A DNA stretch of 59,242 bases from Gemmatimonadales bacterium (GCA_036265635.1 DATAOR010000330.1:1-59242), one strand, 5' to 3'. Positions 28,621 to 38,748 are shown, numbered from the stretch's first letter. Notes: generated from the sequence alone by a model not told the origin. Numbers and translations: made by a program.

Positions 28621-30726
28621 GTGACCCATACCCTCGAATCCACCAGTACCCCGCCGCTGGTCGACCTGCGGGATCCGTCGCTCTACCTGAACCGCGAGCT
28701 GTCCTGGCTCCAGTTCAACGGCCGGGTACTGCACGAGGCACTCGACCGGCGCACCCCGCTGCTCGAGCGGCTCAAGTTCCTCGCCATCTACAGCAGCAAT
28801 CTCGACGAGTTCTTCCAGGTCCGGGTGGCCGGCCTCAAGCAGCAGGCCGCGGCCGGCATCGTGGAACGGACCGCCGACGGGATGACGCCGGAAGATCAGC
28901 TGTCCGCCATCTCCGCCGCCGTGCGACAGCAGGTCCGGCAGCACCGTCATTGCCTGATCCAGGATGTGCTTCCGGCGCTGGCCGCGGAGGGCATGGTCCT
29001 GCACCAGCGAATCAACGATCTCACCCCGGCCGAGCGGCAGTACGTCGACGGGTACTTCCAGGCCAACGTGTTCCCGGTGCTGACTCCGCTGGCCGTGGAT
29101 CCGGGGCATCCGTTCCCCTACATCTCCAATCTCAGCCTTTCGCTGGCGGTGGCGCTCCGGGGCGCCGACGGGGAGGAGCGCTTCGCTCGGGTAAAGGTGC
29201 CCAAGATCCTGCCCCGCTGGATTCCCCTGCCCACCAGCCACCACTTCGTTCCCCTGGAGGAAGTGATCGGGAGCAATCTCGAGGCCCTGTTCCCGGGCGT
29301 GGAGATTCTCGGGTGGTACACCTTCCGGATCACCCGCAACACCGACCTCCAGATCGACCACGGCGACGAAGCCGAGGACCTGCTGAGCCTGATCCAGGAA
29401 GAAGTGCGCAACCGCCGGTTCGCCGAGGTGGTGCGGATCGAGGTGCATGCGTCGATGCCGGCGTCGCTCCGCGAGCTGCTGCTGATGGAGTTCAGCGAGC
29501 AGCAGGACCCCCCGAGCCAGCCGCTCACGACCGGCGACCTCTACGAGATCGCGGGCCTGATGGACACGGCCGACCTGATCACGCTGGCCTCGCTCGAGCT
29601 GCCCGCCCTGCGCGATCCGGTCTTTCACCCGGTGACGCCGACCCGGCTGGCCGCCTCGCGCAACGTGTTCGACGTGATCCGCGAGGGCGACATCCTGCTG
29701 CACCATCCCTACGAGAGCTTCCAGACCTCGGTCGAGCGCTTCATTCAGACCGCGGCGGAGGATCCCGATGTGCTGGCCATCAAGCTGACGCTCTACCGCA
29801 CGGGCGGCGACTCCAGCATCGCCCGGATGCTGGTCCAGGCGGCCGAGCGGGGGAAGCAGGTGGCGGTCCTAATCGAGCTGCAGGCGCGGTTCGACGAGGA
29901 GAACAACATCATCTGGGCCCAGCGGCTGGAGGATGTGGGCGTCCACGTGAGCTACGGCGTGGCCGGCCTCAAGACCCACGCCAAGGTGATGCTGGTCGTC
30001 CGGCGGGAAGGCGATACCATCCGGCGGTACGTCCACATCGGGACCGGCAACTACAACCCCAAGACCGCCCGGCTGTACACCGACTTCGGGCTGCTGAGCG
30101 CCCGGCCCGCGCTGGGAGCGGACCTGACCGACCTGTTCAACGTGCTGACCGGCTTCGCCTCGCCGGTGGGGTACCGGGAGCTGATCGTCGCCCCGCGGGG
30201 CATGCGCGACCGGTTCCTGGCGATGATCCGGCGGGAGATCGCCCATCGCCGGGCCGGCGCGCCCGCCCGGATCGTGGCCAAGATGAACGCCCTGGTGGAT
30301 CCCGAGCTGATCGCCGCGCTGTACGAGGCCTCGGGGGCGGGCGTGCCGATCGACCTGATCGTGCGCGGTATCTGCTGTCTCCGGCCGGGCCTGCCCGGCG
30401 TGAGTGACTCGATCCGGGTGATCAGCATCGTCGGGCGCTTCCTGGAGCACTCCCGGGCGTTCTACTTCCTCAACGGCGGCAACGAGGAGGTCTACATCGG
30501 CTCCGCCGACTGGATGCCGCGGAATCTGGACCGCCGGATTGAGGCGGTGACGCCGATCGACCAGCCGGGCGACCGGCAGCGGCTCCGCGACCTCCTGCTG
30601 CTGATGTGGGAGGACAACCGTCAGGCCTGGGAGCTCCAGGCCGATGGGAGCTACCAGCAGCGACGCCCGCCCGGACCGGAGTCCGAGCGGGCGACCCACC
30701 GCGTGCTGATCGAAGCCGGGCGCTAG
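28621..30726 (+). CDS. ppk: Polyphosphate kinase 1.
   Basis: The sequence begins LYLNRELSWLQFNGRVLHEA and contains LKFLAIYSSNLDEFFQVRVAG. Two PLD-like HKD regions are present (THAKVMLVVR, FLEHSRAFYF). It uses a GTG start and has no SD. Confidence 0.9.
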   Translation: MTHTLESTSTPPLVDLRDPSLYLNRELSWLQFNGRVLHEALDRRTPLLERLKFLAIYSSNLDEFFQVRVAGLKQQAAAGIVERTADGMTPEDQLSAISAAVRQQVRQHRHCLIQDVLPALAAEGMVLHQRINDLTPAERQYVDGYFQANVFPVLTPLAVDPGHPFPYISNLSLSLAVALRGADGEERFARVKVPKILPRWIPLPTSHHFVPLEEVIGSNLEALFPGVEILGWYTFRITRNTDLQIDHGDEAEDLLSLIQEEVRNRRFAEVVRIEVHASMPASLRELLLMEFSEQQDPPSQPLTTGDLYEIAGLMDTADLITLASLELPALRDPVFHPVTPTRLAASRNVFDVIREGDILLHHPYESFQTSVERFIQTAAEDPDVLAIKLTLYRTGGDSSIARMLVQAAERGKQVAVLIELQARFDEENNIIWAQRLEDVGVHVSYGVAGLKTHAKVMLVVRREGDTIRRYVHIGTGNYNPKTARLYTDFGLLSARPALGADLTDLFNVLTGFASPVGYRELIVAPRGMRDRFLAMIRREIAHRRAGAPARIVAKMNALVDPELIAALYEASGAGVPIDLIVRGICCLRPGLPGVSDSIRVISIVGRFLEHSRAFYFLNGGNEEVYIGSADWMPRNLDRRIEAVTPIDQPGDRQRLRDLLLLMWEDNRQAWELQADGSYQQRRPPGPESERATHRVLIEAGR

Positions 30727-30741
30727 CCGCGGGACGCTGAC

Positions 30742-31854
30742 CTAGTAGGGCAGGCCGGCCGACTGGGCGAACTGCTTCAGCAGGTCCTGCTGCTCCGGCG
30801 TGAGCTGATCGGGTACCGTGACCTGGACCTGGACCAGCTGGTCGCCCTTGGCGCCATTCTTCTCGATCCCCTGCCCCTTGATCCGGAACCGCCGCCCCGG
30901 CTGGGTGCCGCCCGGAATGCGCAACATGACCTTCTTGCCGTCGAGCGTGCGGACCCGGAGCCTGGTGCCCAGGGCCGCCTGCGCCAGGTTGAGCGGGACC
31001 TCGCACACGATGTCGAGCCCTTCCCGGTGGAAGAACCGGTCGGGCTGAACCTGGAACGTGACCAGCAGGTCGCCGGCCGGGGCACCCGCCCGGGGCGCCT
31101 GGCCCTGGCCCCGCATCCGCACCCGCGTGCCGCTCTCCGTCCCGGGCGGCACCGTGATGGCGACATGACGCTCGGTCCGGACCTCGCCGGCGCCGCGGCA
31201 GGTCGGGCAGGGCTGTGACGGGATTCGGCCGCGGCCACGGCATTGCGGACACGGCCGATTGACCGCGAACCCACCCTGGCCGAACGAGATCGTGCCCCGG
31301 CCGTTGCACTCAGGGCAGGTGGACCAGGTGGCGCCGGGCGCGCCGCCCGAGCCCGAGCAGGTGGGGCAGCCTTCCGTCACCTGCAGCGCAACGGTGACCT
31401 TCCCGCCCAGGGCCGCGATGCGGAACGGCACCTCGACCAGGGTCTCGAGCGCCTCGGCCGCGCGCGGCTCCTCCTGCCGGCCGCCCCGGCCGAAGATGGA
31501 CGAGAAGATATCGCCCAGGCCACCGAAGTCGCCGAATTCGAAGCCTTCGGCGTTAACCTCGGGCCCACCGCCGGACGGGGGCCCCCGCCTGGTGCCGCCG
31601 GGACGCGGGCCCCGAGCGGGCCCGCCGTCGAACGCCCCCAGCCGGCGCATCTGGTCGTATTGCTTCCGCTTCTCGGCGTCGGACAGCACGCTGTGCGCCT
31701 CCGAGATCTCCTTGAAGCGCTCGGCGGCGGCGGCGTTGTTGGGGTTGGCGTCGGGATGGTACTGCTTGGCCAGGCGACGATAGGCTTTCTTGATCTCGTC
31801 CTGGCCGGCCGAATCCGATACCCCGAGGACCTGGTAGAAGTCCTTCGCGGCCAC
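30742..31854 (-). CDS. dnaJ: Molecular chaperone DnaJ.
   Basis: The J-domain reads [37 protein letters not shown]-rich linker is followed by four CxxCxG zinc-finger repeats ([32 protein letters not shown]). Confidence 0.9.
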   Translation of the reverse strand: MAAKDFYQVLGVSDSAGQDEIKKAYRRLAKQYHPDANPNNAAAAERFKEISEAHSVLSDAEKRKQYDQMRRLGAFDGGPARGPRPGGTRRGPPSGGGPEVNAEGFEFGDFGGLGDIFSSIFGRGGRQEEPRAAEALETLVEVPFRIAALGGKVTVALQVTEGCPTCSGSGGAPGATWSTCPECNGRGTISFGQGGFAVNRPCPQCRGRGRIPSQPCPTCRGAGEVRTERHVAITVPPGTESGTRVRMRGQGQAPRAGAPAGDLLVTFQVQPDRFFHREGLDIVCEVPLNLAQAALGTRLRVRTLDGKKVMLRIPGGTQPGRRFRIKGQGIEKNGAKGDQLVQVQVTVPDQLTPEQQDLLKQFAQSAGLPY

Positions 31855-31856
31855 GC

Positions 31857-32543
31857 TCAGGCCTGACCTTGCTCGGCGTAGACCTGGACCCGGGCGGGCC
31901 GTACCAGGACACCCCTGAACCGGTAGCCCGCCTGGAAGGTGGCGCTCACCTGGTGATCCTGGGCGGCGGACGGAGGCGGAATGGTCGCCACTGCCTCGTG
32001 GTGGCTGGGGTCGAACGGCTGGCCTACCGGATCGATCCGCTCCAGGCCGGCCGCTTGCAGCTCCTTGCGGAGCTTCTTATCGACCAGGTCCACCGCCTGG
32101 CGAAGCTGGTCGCCGGTCGCGGCGGAGCCGTCCGCCGCCAGCCGGTCCATATCGTCGAGCACCTCGAGCAGGCGGACCACCAGGGCGGCCTGGGACCGGT
32201 CGCCCAGCTCCGTGCGCTCACGGGTGGCCCGCTTCCGATAGTTGTCGTACTCGGCGGCCAGCCGGAGGTGGCGGTCACGTGCCTCGTCGAGCTGGGTCTC
32301 GAGCCGGCGGATCGCCTCGGCGCTGGGCTCGACCGGCAGCCCACTGACGCCGGGGTGCCCGCCGAAGCCGGCCTGGCTGTCCTCGCGCCGGGACGAGGGA
32401 TCCTGGGACATGTCGGTCGATGCCAGATCGGCGCCGTCGGCGCTCTGACCCGACCGCGACGCGGCATCGGCCATGCCCCCGGAGGTATGGAGTCGCTCGA
32501 CGTCGTCGGCGTACTCTCCGCTAAACCTGCGCTTGTCAGCCAC
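31857..32543 (-). CDS. grpE: Nucleotide exchange factor GrpE.
   Basis: The sequence contains [36 protein letters not shown] and [14 protein letters not shown]. It uses a GTG start. There is a 2-nt gap to the dnaJ GTG start. Confidence 0.85.
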   Translation of the reverse strand: MADKRRFSGEYADDVERLHTSGGMADAASRSGQSADGADLASTDMSQDPSSRREDSQAGFGGHPGVSGLPVEPSAEAIRRLETQLDEARDRHLRLAAEYDNYRKRATRERTELGDRSQAALVVRLLEVLDDMDRLAADGSAATGDQLRQAVDLVDKKLRKELQAAGLERIDPVGQPFDPSHHEAVATIPPPSAAQDHQVSATFQAGYRFRGVLVRPARVQVYAEQGQA

Positions 32544-32580
32544 TTTGCAAACCTCTGACGGAGAAAGTCAACCGGAAAGA

Positions 32581-32590
32581 TAATACTCAG
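32581..32590 (-). promoter_or_regulatory. Possible -10 element (TATTAT) for grpE-dnaJ.
   Basis: The minus strand reads GCTGAGTATTATCTTTCCGG in the only 57-bp gap upstream of grpE. It is an AT island in a GC-rich context. I found no convincing -35 element and no CIRCE element. Confidence 0.25.
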
Positions 32591-32600
32591 CGGTGGCACC

Positions 32601-33845
32601 TCAGGCCGGGCTTTGGGCCAGCCGCCGCCAGAGCAGCTGGAGCGCCGCCTGGGCCGATCGGACCCGGACGTTGTGCCGGTCGCCGGGGATCTGCAGGCGG
32701 CGGGCCTCGACCTCGTCGCCCTGGGCCAGCGCCAGCCATACCGTGCCGACCGGCTTGGACGCCGTGCCGCCGGCCGGCCCGGCGATCCCGGTCACCGCCA
32801 CCGCCACGTCGACGCCCAGCCGCCGGCACGCCCCGCGGGCCATGGCCCGGGCCACCGACTCGCTCACCGCCCCGTCGGCGGCGATCAGCTCAGGGTCGAC
32901 CTCGAGCAGGCTGGTCTTCAGGGCATTGGCATAGCAGACCACGGCGCCAATGAACACATCCGAGCTGCCCGGGATTTCGGTCAGGCGGGCAGCCACCAAC
33001 CCGCCGGTGCACGACTCCGCGGTTCCCAGACTGAGCCGCCGGGCCCGGGCGCTCTCGAGCACCAGGGCGGCCAGATCGTCGTCGCCTTCGCCGTAGGCGT
33101 ACTGGCCGGCACGCTGGCGAAGCAGCGCCGTCGCCGCGGCCAGCCGGGCGTCGGCCTCCGCGGCCGGCAGGCGCCACGCGCTGACCCGGAGGTCCACCCC
33201 CTCGTAGCCCGGCAGGTACGCCAGGGACAAGGGTGCGATGGCCTGCTCGATCTCGCCCAGGCGCTCGGCGAGCGTGGACTCGGGGATGCCGGTGGTCCGG
33301 ACCAGGCGCGACCGGATCACCGCGCCGTCGGACCGCGCGGCCAGCCGCGGCACGACCTCGTGTTCCATCAGCTTGCGCATCTCGCCCGGCACACCAGGCA
33401 GCATGATCGCCAGCCCGGGTGGACCCTCGAGCCAGAGTCCGGGAGCGGTTCCCCACCGATTGGGCAGCACGGTGGCCCCGCGGGGCACCTGGGCCTGACT
33501 CCGGTTGCTGGCGGGCGGCGTGCGCCCCATCCGGGCGAACCGCTCGACCAGGGCCTGCCACACCGCCTCGTCGAACTCGAGCGGCGCACCGAACAGCTCC
33601 GCCACGACGACCTTGCTGACGTCGTCGCGGGTGGGACCCAGCCCGCCCGTCGTGAGCACGGCGCCGGTCCGGCCCAGTGCCTCGAGCACGGCGCGCCGGA
33701 TCGCCTCACTGTCGTCGCCCACGCTGGTGCGACGGACGACCTGCACCCCCACGGCGGACAGGGCGCGGGCCAGCTCGGCTCCGTTAGTGTCGACGGTGAA
33801 GCCGAGCAGGAGCTCGGATCCGATGGTGAGCAGCTCGATGTTCAT
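32601..33845 (-). CDS. cinA: CinA family protein (MoCF-binding domain plus nicotinamide-nucleotide amidohydrolase PncC domain).
   Basis: The sequence begins MNIELLTIGSELLLGFTVDTNGAELARAL and contains TTGGLGPTRDD and LPGVPGEMR. The C-terminal part has ESCTGG ... VTGIAGP. Confidence 0.85.
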   Translation of the reverse strand: MNIELLTIGSELLLGFTVDTNGAELARALSAVGVQVVRRTSVGDDSEAIRRAVLEALGRTGAVLTTGGLGPTRDDVSKVVVAELFGAPLEFDEAVWQALVERFARMGRTPPASNRSQAQVPRGATVLPNRWGTAPGLWLEGPPGLAIMLPGVPGEMRKLMEHEVVPRLAARSDGAVIRSRLVRTTGIPESTLAERLGEIEQAIAPLSLAYLPGYEGVDLRVSAWRLPAAEADARLAAATALLRQRAGQYAYGEGDDDLAALVLESARARRLSLGTAESCTGGLVAARLTEIPGSSDVFIGAVVCYANALKTSLLEVDPELIAADGAVSESVARAMARGACRRLGVDVAVAVTGIAGPAGGTASKPVGTVWLALAQGDEVEARRLQIPGDRHNVRVRSAQAALQLLWRRLAQSPA

Positions 33846-33876
33846 GTGGGCGGGGGACGGCCGGCCCTTAGCCGGG

Positions 33877-34515
33877 TCACGGATGCCGCTGGGAGAACAG
33901 CGCGCGGTTCCGGTAGATGTAGAGCACGAAGGAATAGACGGTTAGCAGGGTGGCCACGGCCAGGGTCACCGCCACGAAGCCGCCGTGGAACTGGTTCCAG
34001 TAGTCGGCGTAACGGCTGTGCTCCCAGCCCATCGGCTTGCGGGCGTCGCGGAAGGCGAACCAGAGAATGATGGCGCCGATGAAGACGTTCTGGATGGTGG
34101 TCTTGAGCTTGCCCGCCCCGGCGGCGGCGATCACCACGCCCCGGCGGCTGGCCCAGACCCGGAACGCGGTCATCGCCACCTCGCGTCCGATCAGGAGCAG
34201 ACAGACCCAGAGGGGGATGCTGCCCCAGATGGGAATGTCGTACAGGTCGTGGCGAGCGCGCGAGATCCAGTAGATCGGGATCAGGGTGGCGAACAGCAGC
34301 AGCTTGTCGGCGATGGGGTCGAGCTGTTTGCCGAAATCGGTGACCTGGTTCCGGGTCCGGGCCAGGTGGCCGTCCCAGACGTCGCTGATCGCGGCGGCGA
34401 GGAAGATCACGAAGGCCACCAGCTTGGGCCAGTAGCCCTCGATGAACGGCAGCAGCGCGATCACCGGGGTGAAGGCGATCCGGACCAGGGTGATGATGTT
34501 GGGGAGGGTCCACAT
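33877..34515 (-). CDS. pgsA: CDP-diacylglycerol--glycerol-3-phosphate 3-phosphatidyltransferase.
   Basis: The start is MWTLPNIITLVRI. The CDP-alcohol phosphotransferase motif reads DVWDGHLARTRNQVTDFGKQLDPIADKLL. Confidence 0.85.
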   Translation of the reverse strand: MWTLPNIITLVRIAFTPVIALLPFIEGYWPKLVAFVIFLAAAISDVWDGHLARTRNQVTDFGKQLDPIADKLLLFATLIPIYWISRARHDLYDIPIWGSIPLWVCLLLIGREVAMTAFRVWASRRGVVIAAAGAGKLKTTIQNVFIGAIILWFAFRDARKPMGWEHSRYADYWNQFHGGFVAVTLAVATLLTVYSFVLYIYRNRALFSQRHP

Positions 34516-34523
34516 GCCCGCAC

Positions 34524-35198
34524 CTACCCCAGGGTCTTGACGACGCTCTTGCTGATCGCCTTGAGCGTGTCGAACACGCCTTCGCCGGTCAGCGCCACCG
34601 CCTCGAAGTACGGCGCCCGCTCGATCCACTGGCCATCCTGCTCGCTCACCAGGTACTCCCCCTCCCGGTTGGGATCGGGCGTCAGCCGCCGCTTGACCGG
34701 ATCCTCGACCGGCCAGCCCGGGTTGAGCGACCCCTGAAGCTCTTGAACCGGCGCCGCGTTGGGCAGGTCGCGCTTGTTGTACTGAATGGCGAAGGGAATC
34801 CTGGTCAGGTCGTAGCCGTGCTGCGCCATGTTCTCGTACAGGTTCTGCATCGCCTCGATGTTGGCGTCCATCCGCTCGATCTGGCTGTCGGCCACGAACA
34901 CCACGCCGTCGACCCCCTTGAGGATCAGCTTGCGGGAGGCGTTGTAGTACACCTGTCCCGGCACGGTGTAGAGGTGGAACTTGACCTTGAAGCCGCGGAT
35001 GGTGCCGAGGTCGACCGGCAGGAAATCGAAGAACAGGGTCCGCTCGGTCTCGGTGGCGAGGCTGATCATCTTGCCCCGTGAGCCCGGCGCGACCTTGTTG
35101 TAGACGAACTCGAGGTTGGTGGTCTTGCCGCCCAGCCCGGGCCCGTAATACACCAGCTTGCAGTTGATCTCACGGGAGGCGTAGTTGATCATCGACAT
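34524..35198 (-). CDS. mglA: Ras-like small GTPase MglA.
   Basis: The N-terminus [29 protein letters not shown] is near-identical in pattern to the Myxococcus MglA N-terminus. The sequence also contains [15 protein letters not shown] and NKRDL. It carries an extra segment of about 32 aa before the last conserved block. Confidence 0.85.
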   Translation of the reverse strand: MSMINYASREINCKLVYYGPGLGGKTTNLEFVYNKVAPGSRGKMISLATETERTLFFDFLPVDLGTIRGFKVKFHLYTVPGQVYYNASRKLILKGVDGVVFVADSQIERMDANIEAMQNLYENMAQHGYDLTRIPFAIQYNKRDLPNAAPVQELQGSLNPGWPVEDPVKRRLTPDPNREGEYLVSEQDGQWIERAPYFEAVALTGEGVFDTLKAISKSVVKTLG

Positions 35199-35212
35199 GC
35201 TGGCGGTCTCCC

Positions 35213-35704
35213 TCAGGCCCCGAAGAGTTTGTCGATCTCGTCTTCCGCCTCGCCCAGGAACTCGGACGCGACACCCGGCGCGCTGGTGCCGTCCCGATTG
35301 AACATGTCGGTGAACACCCGGGTCAGCTGTCCCACGGCCGACTTCACCCGCAGCTTCACCAGCCCCAGCGTGGTGCGGTTGTCGAACAGCACCACCAGGA
35401 TCACCCGCCGGGCCACGTCGGCCAGGTACATCGACTCCCGCTCGCCCTGGTGGAACAGGGCCCCGAACTCGGGCTCGCCCAGCATCCGGGCCAGCTGATC
35501 GTTAGCGCTGAAGTCGGCGGCGGTGAGCGAGGCGAACGCCGTCGGGTCGAACTGGGGGGTCTCGCCGACCGTGGCCACCATCTGGCCGGTCCGATCCACG
35601 ATCAGCGCCGTCCGGGCGTTCGACTCGGCCAGGAACCCGTTGAGGATGCCCTGAATCGCCCGGGCGTCCTCCTCCCCGAAGGACCAGCTCGAGGCGCCGC
35701 TCAC
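35213..35704 (-). CDS. mglB: Roadblock/LC7 domain protein MglB (the GAP partner of MglA).
   Basis: It lies immediately upstream of mglA in the mglBA order. The sequence reads [28 protein letters not shown] ... [18 protein letters not shown], followed by an acidic C-terminal tail. It uses a GTG start. Confidence 0.8.
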   Translation of the reverse strand: MSGASSWSFGEEDARAIQGILNGFLAESNARTALIVDRTGQMVATVGETPQFDPTAFASLTAADFSANDQLARMLGEPEFGALFHQGERESMYLADVARRVILVVLFDNRTTLGLVKLRVKSAVGQLTRVFTDMFNRDGTSAPGVASEFLGEAEDEIDKLFGA

Positions 35705-35714
35705 CGGGGCCGCC

Positions 35715-35987
35715 TCATGCCACGGCCGCTTCCAGCCCGCGAAGGATCGCCTCGGCCCGGCGGCGGAGCACCGGGGTCCGCTCCCATGCCAGGTAGTCCC
35801 GCAGCAGGCGGATGGTGTCCACCCCCGACTGCCCCGCCAGATAGCCCAGGGCGGCCAGCCGGCGAAGCGGCCGGGGGCTGAACAGGTCGCGCTGGTGAAG
35901 GGCCAGGCGGCGCTGGGCCAGCATCCAGCCGCCGATCGCGCCGCCCACCAGTCCGCCGACGAAGAGCAGCCCGCGCGACCGCATCAC
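35715..35987 (-). CDS. Small hypothetical membrane protein (about 90 aa).
   Basis: The start overlaps the recR stop, either as GTGA or as TGATG. It has one N-terminal Gly-rich TM segment (GLLFVGGLVGGAIGGWML). I recognise no family. Confidence 0.45.
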   Translation of the reverse strand: MMRSRGLLFVGGLVGGAIGGWMLAQRRLALHQRDLFSPRPLRRLAALGYLAGQSGVDTIRLLRDYLAWERTPVLRRRAEAILRGLEAAVA

Positions 35988-36574
35988 GACACGTCCTGCC
36001 GCGCCACCAGCGCGTGCGCCAGAGTGACCCCGTCCACGTACTCCAGATCGCCGCCCATGGGCAGTCCCCGGGCCAGCCGGGTCACCCGGACGCCCTGACC
36101 TGCCAGCAGTTGCTGGATGTAGGTGGCCGTCACTTCGCCCTCCATGGAGGGGTTGGTGGCCAGGATGACCTCACGCACACCGCCCTCCCGCACCCGGGCC
36201 ACCAAGTGGTCCAGCCGGAGCGATTCGGGCCCGATCCCGTCCAGCGGCGAGAGCCGCCCGCCGAGGACGTGGTAAAGCCCCCGGAAGTCGGTCGACCGGT
36301 CCACCACGGCCACCGCCGAGGCCTCCTCGACCACGCAGAGCAGGGCCGGGTCCCGCCGCGGATCGCGGCAGATCAGGCAGGGCTGCTCCTCCGTGACATT
36401 GCCGCACTGCTCGCACGGCCGGACGCGCTCGCTCACCGCCACCAGCGCGGCCGCCAGGCGTCCGGCCTGTTCGGGAGCTTGCTGCAACAGATGGAAGGTG
36501 AGCCGCTGGGCGGTCTTGCGCCCGATCCCCGGGAGCCGCGCCAGCTCGGTGATCAGCGTGTCGATGGCGCTCAC
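35984..36574 (-). CDS. recR: Recombination protein RecR.
   Basis: The HhH motif reads LARLPGIGRKTAQRLTFHLL. The zinc finger reads CEQCGNVTEEQPCLIC. A Toprim region follows (EVILATNPSMEGEVTATYI). Confidence 0.9.
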   Translation of the reverse strand: MSAIDTLITELARLPGIGRKTAQRLTFHLLQQAPEQAGRLAAALVAVSERVRPCEQCGNVTEEQPCLICRDPRRDPALLCVVEEASAVAVVDRSTDFRGLYHVLGGRLSPLDGIGPESLRLDHLVARVREGGVREVILATNPSMEGEVTATYIQQLLAGQGVRVTRLARGLPMGGDLEYVDGVTLAHALVARQDVS

Positions 36575-36576
36575 CG

Positions 36577-36903
36577 TCAGCCGGCGGCAAACGGCAGGGT
36601 GGGGACCTTCCGCATCTCCGCCTGCAAGAGGTCGGCCGCCCGGCGCTGGGCCTCGGCCACCGCGGCCGTCACCAGATCGCTGAGGAACTCGGCGTCCCGG
36701 CCGGCGAAGACCGCCGGCTCGATCACCACGGCCCGCACGGTGCCCCGGCCGTCGGCCGTGACTCGCACCATTCCGCCGCCCGCAGTGGTTTCGATGGTGC
36801 GCTCGGCGAGCTCGGACTGGAGTTGTTGGAGCCGGCCCTGCATCTGCTGGCCCAGCTGAAAGAGCTGTTGAAGGTCCGCCATGCTCTCCGGAAGTCCGGC
36901 CAT
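36577..36903 (-). CDS. ybaB: YbaB/EbfC family nucleoid-associated protein.
   Basis: The sequence reads MAGLPESMADLQQLFQLGQQMQGRLQQLQSELAERTIETTAGGGMVRVTADGRG. The start could be at 36882, 36903 or 36942. Confidence 0.85.
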   Translation of the reverse strand: MAGLPESMADLQQLFQLGQQMQGRLQQLQSELAERTIETTAGGGMVRVTADGRGTVRAVVIEPAVFAGRDAEFLSDLVTAAVAEAQRRAADLLQAEMRKVPTLPFAAG

Positions 36904-36942
36904 GAAGTCGGCAAAGTAAAGGGACGAAGAAGTCGTGGGCAA

Positions 36943-38748
36943 CTAATCCACGATCTCCAAATCTAACGCATCGGCCGCGGTATCGAGGCTGGGATCCTTG
37001 GCCCGGAACGCCCTAAGCCGATCGGACTTGAGGGCAGCCTCCGTCAGCCGCCGCGGCGTGGCCGGGACGGACGGAGCGTCAGCAGCCGCCTCGACCACCC
37101 TGAGCCTGACCGGAGCGCCCATCACCTCCTGCAAGACCTCCTCTACCACTCGAGCCTGCTGCTGTAATCGCTCAGCGAACAACGGGTTAGCCTCAGCCAT
37201 CTCGACGGTGAGCCAAGGCAGAGCTATTTCCTTCGGGGTAGTCGCCGCCATAGCCTCGCCCAGGAAGCGGCTACGCTCGCGGACCTCGGCGACCAGATCG
37301 GACCAAGCCTCGCGAACGGCCTCGAGCGATGGCGTTCCCGGCCCACCGCCCATGGCGCCTTCGTCCATCCCGGCGCCGGTCGCGGCGGCCGGCAGGACCG
37401 GCCTGGTCACGGCCTCCGGCCGGCGCGACGCGGCCGGGGCGGCGCTGGCCCCGCCTGCGTCGGCGGTGCCCGATCCGGTCTCACTCGGCACCGGTCTGGA
37501 GGGCTCCGACTGACTCCGAGTCCGGCCGGCGCCGGTGCCGCCCGGGGCGGTTTGGCCCGCGGCGCGCCCACCGGTGGGACCGCTCGAGCCTGGGTCCGAG
37601 GGCGTTCCCCGACCAGGGCCGCCGGTGGCGAGCACCTGGGCCAGGTCCACCATCCGGTCGAGCATGGTCCACCGGAGCAGCAGCGTCTCCACGATGAGGC
37701 GCGGGTTGACGCTCCGCCGGATGGCGGTCTCGTTGTCGGCCAGGAGACGGAGCATGCGGAGGACATCGCCCGCGGCGAGCGCGTCACGCCGGGCCTCGAG
37801 CGCCTCGCGCAGCCGCTCCGTCAGGCCTTCGGGCTGGTTGCCCAGCTGTACCATGAGGAGCGCCCGCAAGGTCTCACCGGCCCCGTCCATGAACTCGGCC
37901 AGATCCGCGCCGGCGTTCACCAGCCGGTCGACCAAGGGGAAGACCCCGGCGGGGCTCCGCTCGACCACCAGGCCCAGCAGCTCGGCGTAGATCTCGTCGC
38001 CCACCACGCCGAGCACTTCGCGGACGCGGTCGGCGGTGATGGCGCCCTCGCCGAAGCTGAGACACTGGTCGAGCACGCTGAGCGCGTCGCGCATGCCGCC
38101 GTCGGCGTGACGGGCGATCAGGGTCAGGGCGTCGTCGTCACCCGCGATTCCCTCCGCGTCGAGCACCGTCCGGAGGCGGTCGCGGATGGCGGCCGGGCCG
38201 ATCCGCCTGAAGTCGAACCGCTGCAGCCGCGAGAGCACCGGCGCCGCGGCCGCCGCGATCTTCTGCGGCTCGGTGGTGGCGAAGACGAACACCACGCCGG
38301 GCGGGGGCTCCTCGAGGACCTTGAGCAGCGCGTTCCATGCCTCGCGGGTCAACATGTGGGCCTCGTCCACGATGTAGACCTTGAAATGGCCCTCGCGCGA
38401 CGCGGCATACATGGCCCGCTCGCGGAGCTCGCGGGCGTCGTCCACTCCGCGGTTGCTGGCGGCGTCGATCTCGACCACGTCGAGGTTGGCGCCGCCGCTC
38501 CAGACCCTGGTGCAGTTGTCGCACTCGCCGCACGGGTCGCCCGACGGATCCCGGTTGGGGCAGTTGAGCGCCATCGCCAGAATCCGGGCCGCGGTGGTCT
38601 TGCCGACCCCCCGGGGGCCGGTCAGCAGATAGCCGTGGCCCACCCGCCCGCGGGCGACGGCGCCGCGGAGGACCGCGGCCACGTGGTCCTGGACCAGCAG
38701 GTCGGCGAAACGCTTGGGACGGTAGCGGCGTGCTAGGGCGATGGTCAT
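36943..38748 (-). CDS. dnaX: DNA polymerase III subunit gamma/tau.
   Basis: The sequence contains LARRYRPKRFADLLVQDHV, GPRGVGKTT, the zinc module CGECDNC, and VYIVDEAHMLT. The linker is long and rich in Pro, Gly and Ser. I saw no A-run slippery site. Confidence 0.9.
   Translation of the reverse strand: MTIALARRYRPKRFADLLVQDHVAAVLRGAVARGRVGHGYLLTGPRGVGKTTAARILAMALNCPNRDPSGDPCGECDNCTRVWSGGANLDVVEIDAASNRGVDDARELRERAMYAASREGHFKVYIVDEAHMLTREAWNALLKVLEEPPPGVVFVFATTEPQKIAAAAAPVLSRLQRFDFRRIGPAAIRDRLRTVLDAEGIAGDDDALTLIARHADGGMRDALSVLDQCLSFGEGAITADRVREVLGVVGDEIYAELLGLVVERSPAGVFPLVDRLVNAGADLAEFMDGAGETLRALLMVQLGNQPEGLTERLREALEARRDALAAGDVLRMLRLLADNETAIRRSVNPRLIVETLLLRWTMLDRMVDLAQVLATGGPGRGTPSDPGSSGPTGGRAAGQTAPGGTGAGRTRSQSEPSRPVPSETGSGTADAGGASAAPAASRRPEAVTRPVLPAAATGAGMDEGAMGGGPGTPSLEAVREAWSDLVAEVRERSRFLGEAMAATTPKEIALPWLTVEMAEANPLFAERLQQQARVVEEVLQEVMGAPVRLRVVEAAADAPSVPATPRRLTEAALKSDRLRAFRAKDPSLDTAADALDLEIVD

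Noticed and set aside
30727-30741. The convergence point of a 15-kb plus-strand block and a 21-kb minus-strand block (ppk facing dnaJ), considered as a possible replication terminus or dif site.
   Set aside because: Only 15 bp separate the two stop codons, and nothing resembling the AT-rich 28-bp XerCD dif consensus is present. Strand blocks of this size are common and are not diagnostic.
32544-32600. A CIRCE (TTAGCACTC-N9-GAGTGCTAA) or sigma32-type heat-shock promoter upstream of grpE-dnaJ.
   Set aside because: Neither strand contains the CIRCE half-sites. TTGACT is present, but no CCCCAT-like -10 sits at the right distance. I noted only a generic AT-rich TATTAT.
36943-38748. A programmed frameshift or transcriptional slippage site in dnaX that would produce gamma.
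   Set aside because: I found no A-rich heptamer or poly-A run on the coding strand anywhere in the gene. Only the full-length tau frame is evident.
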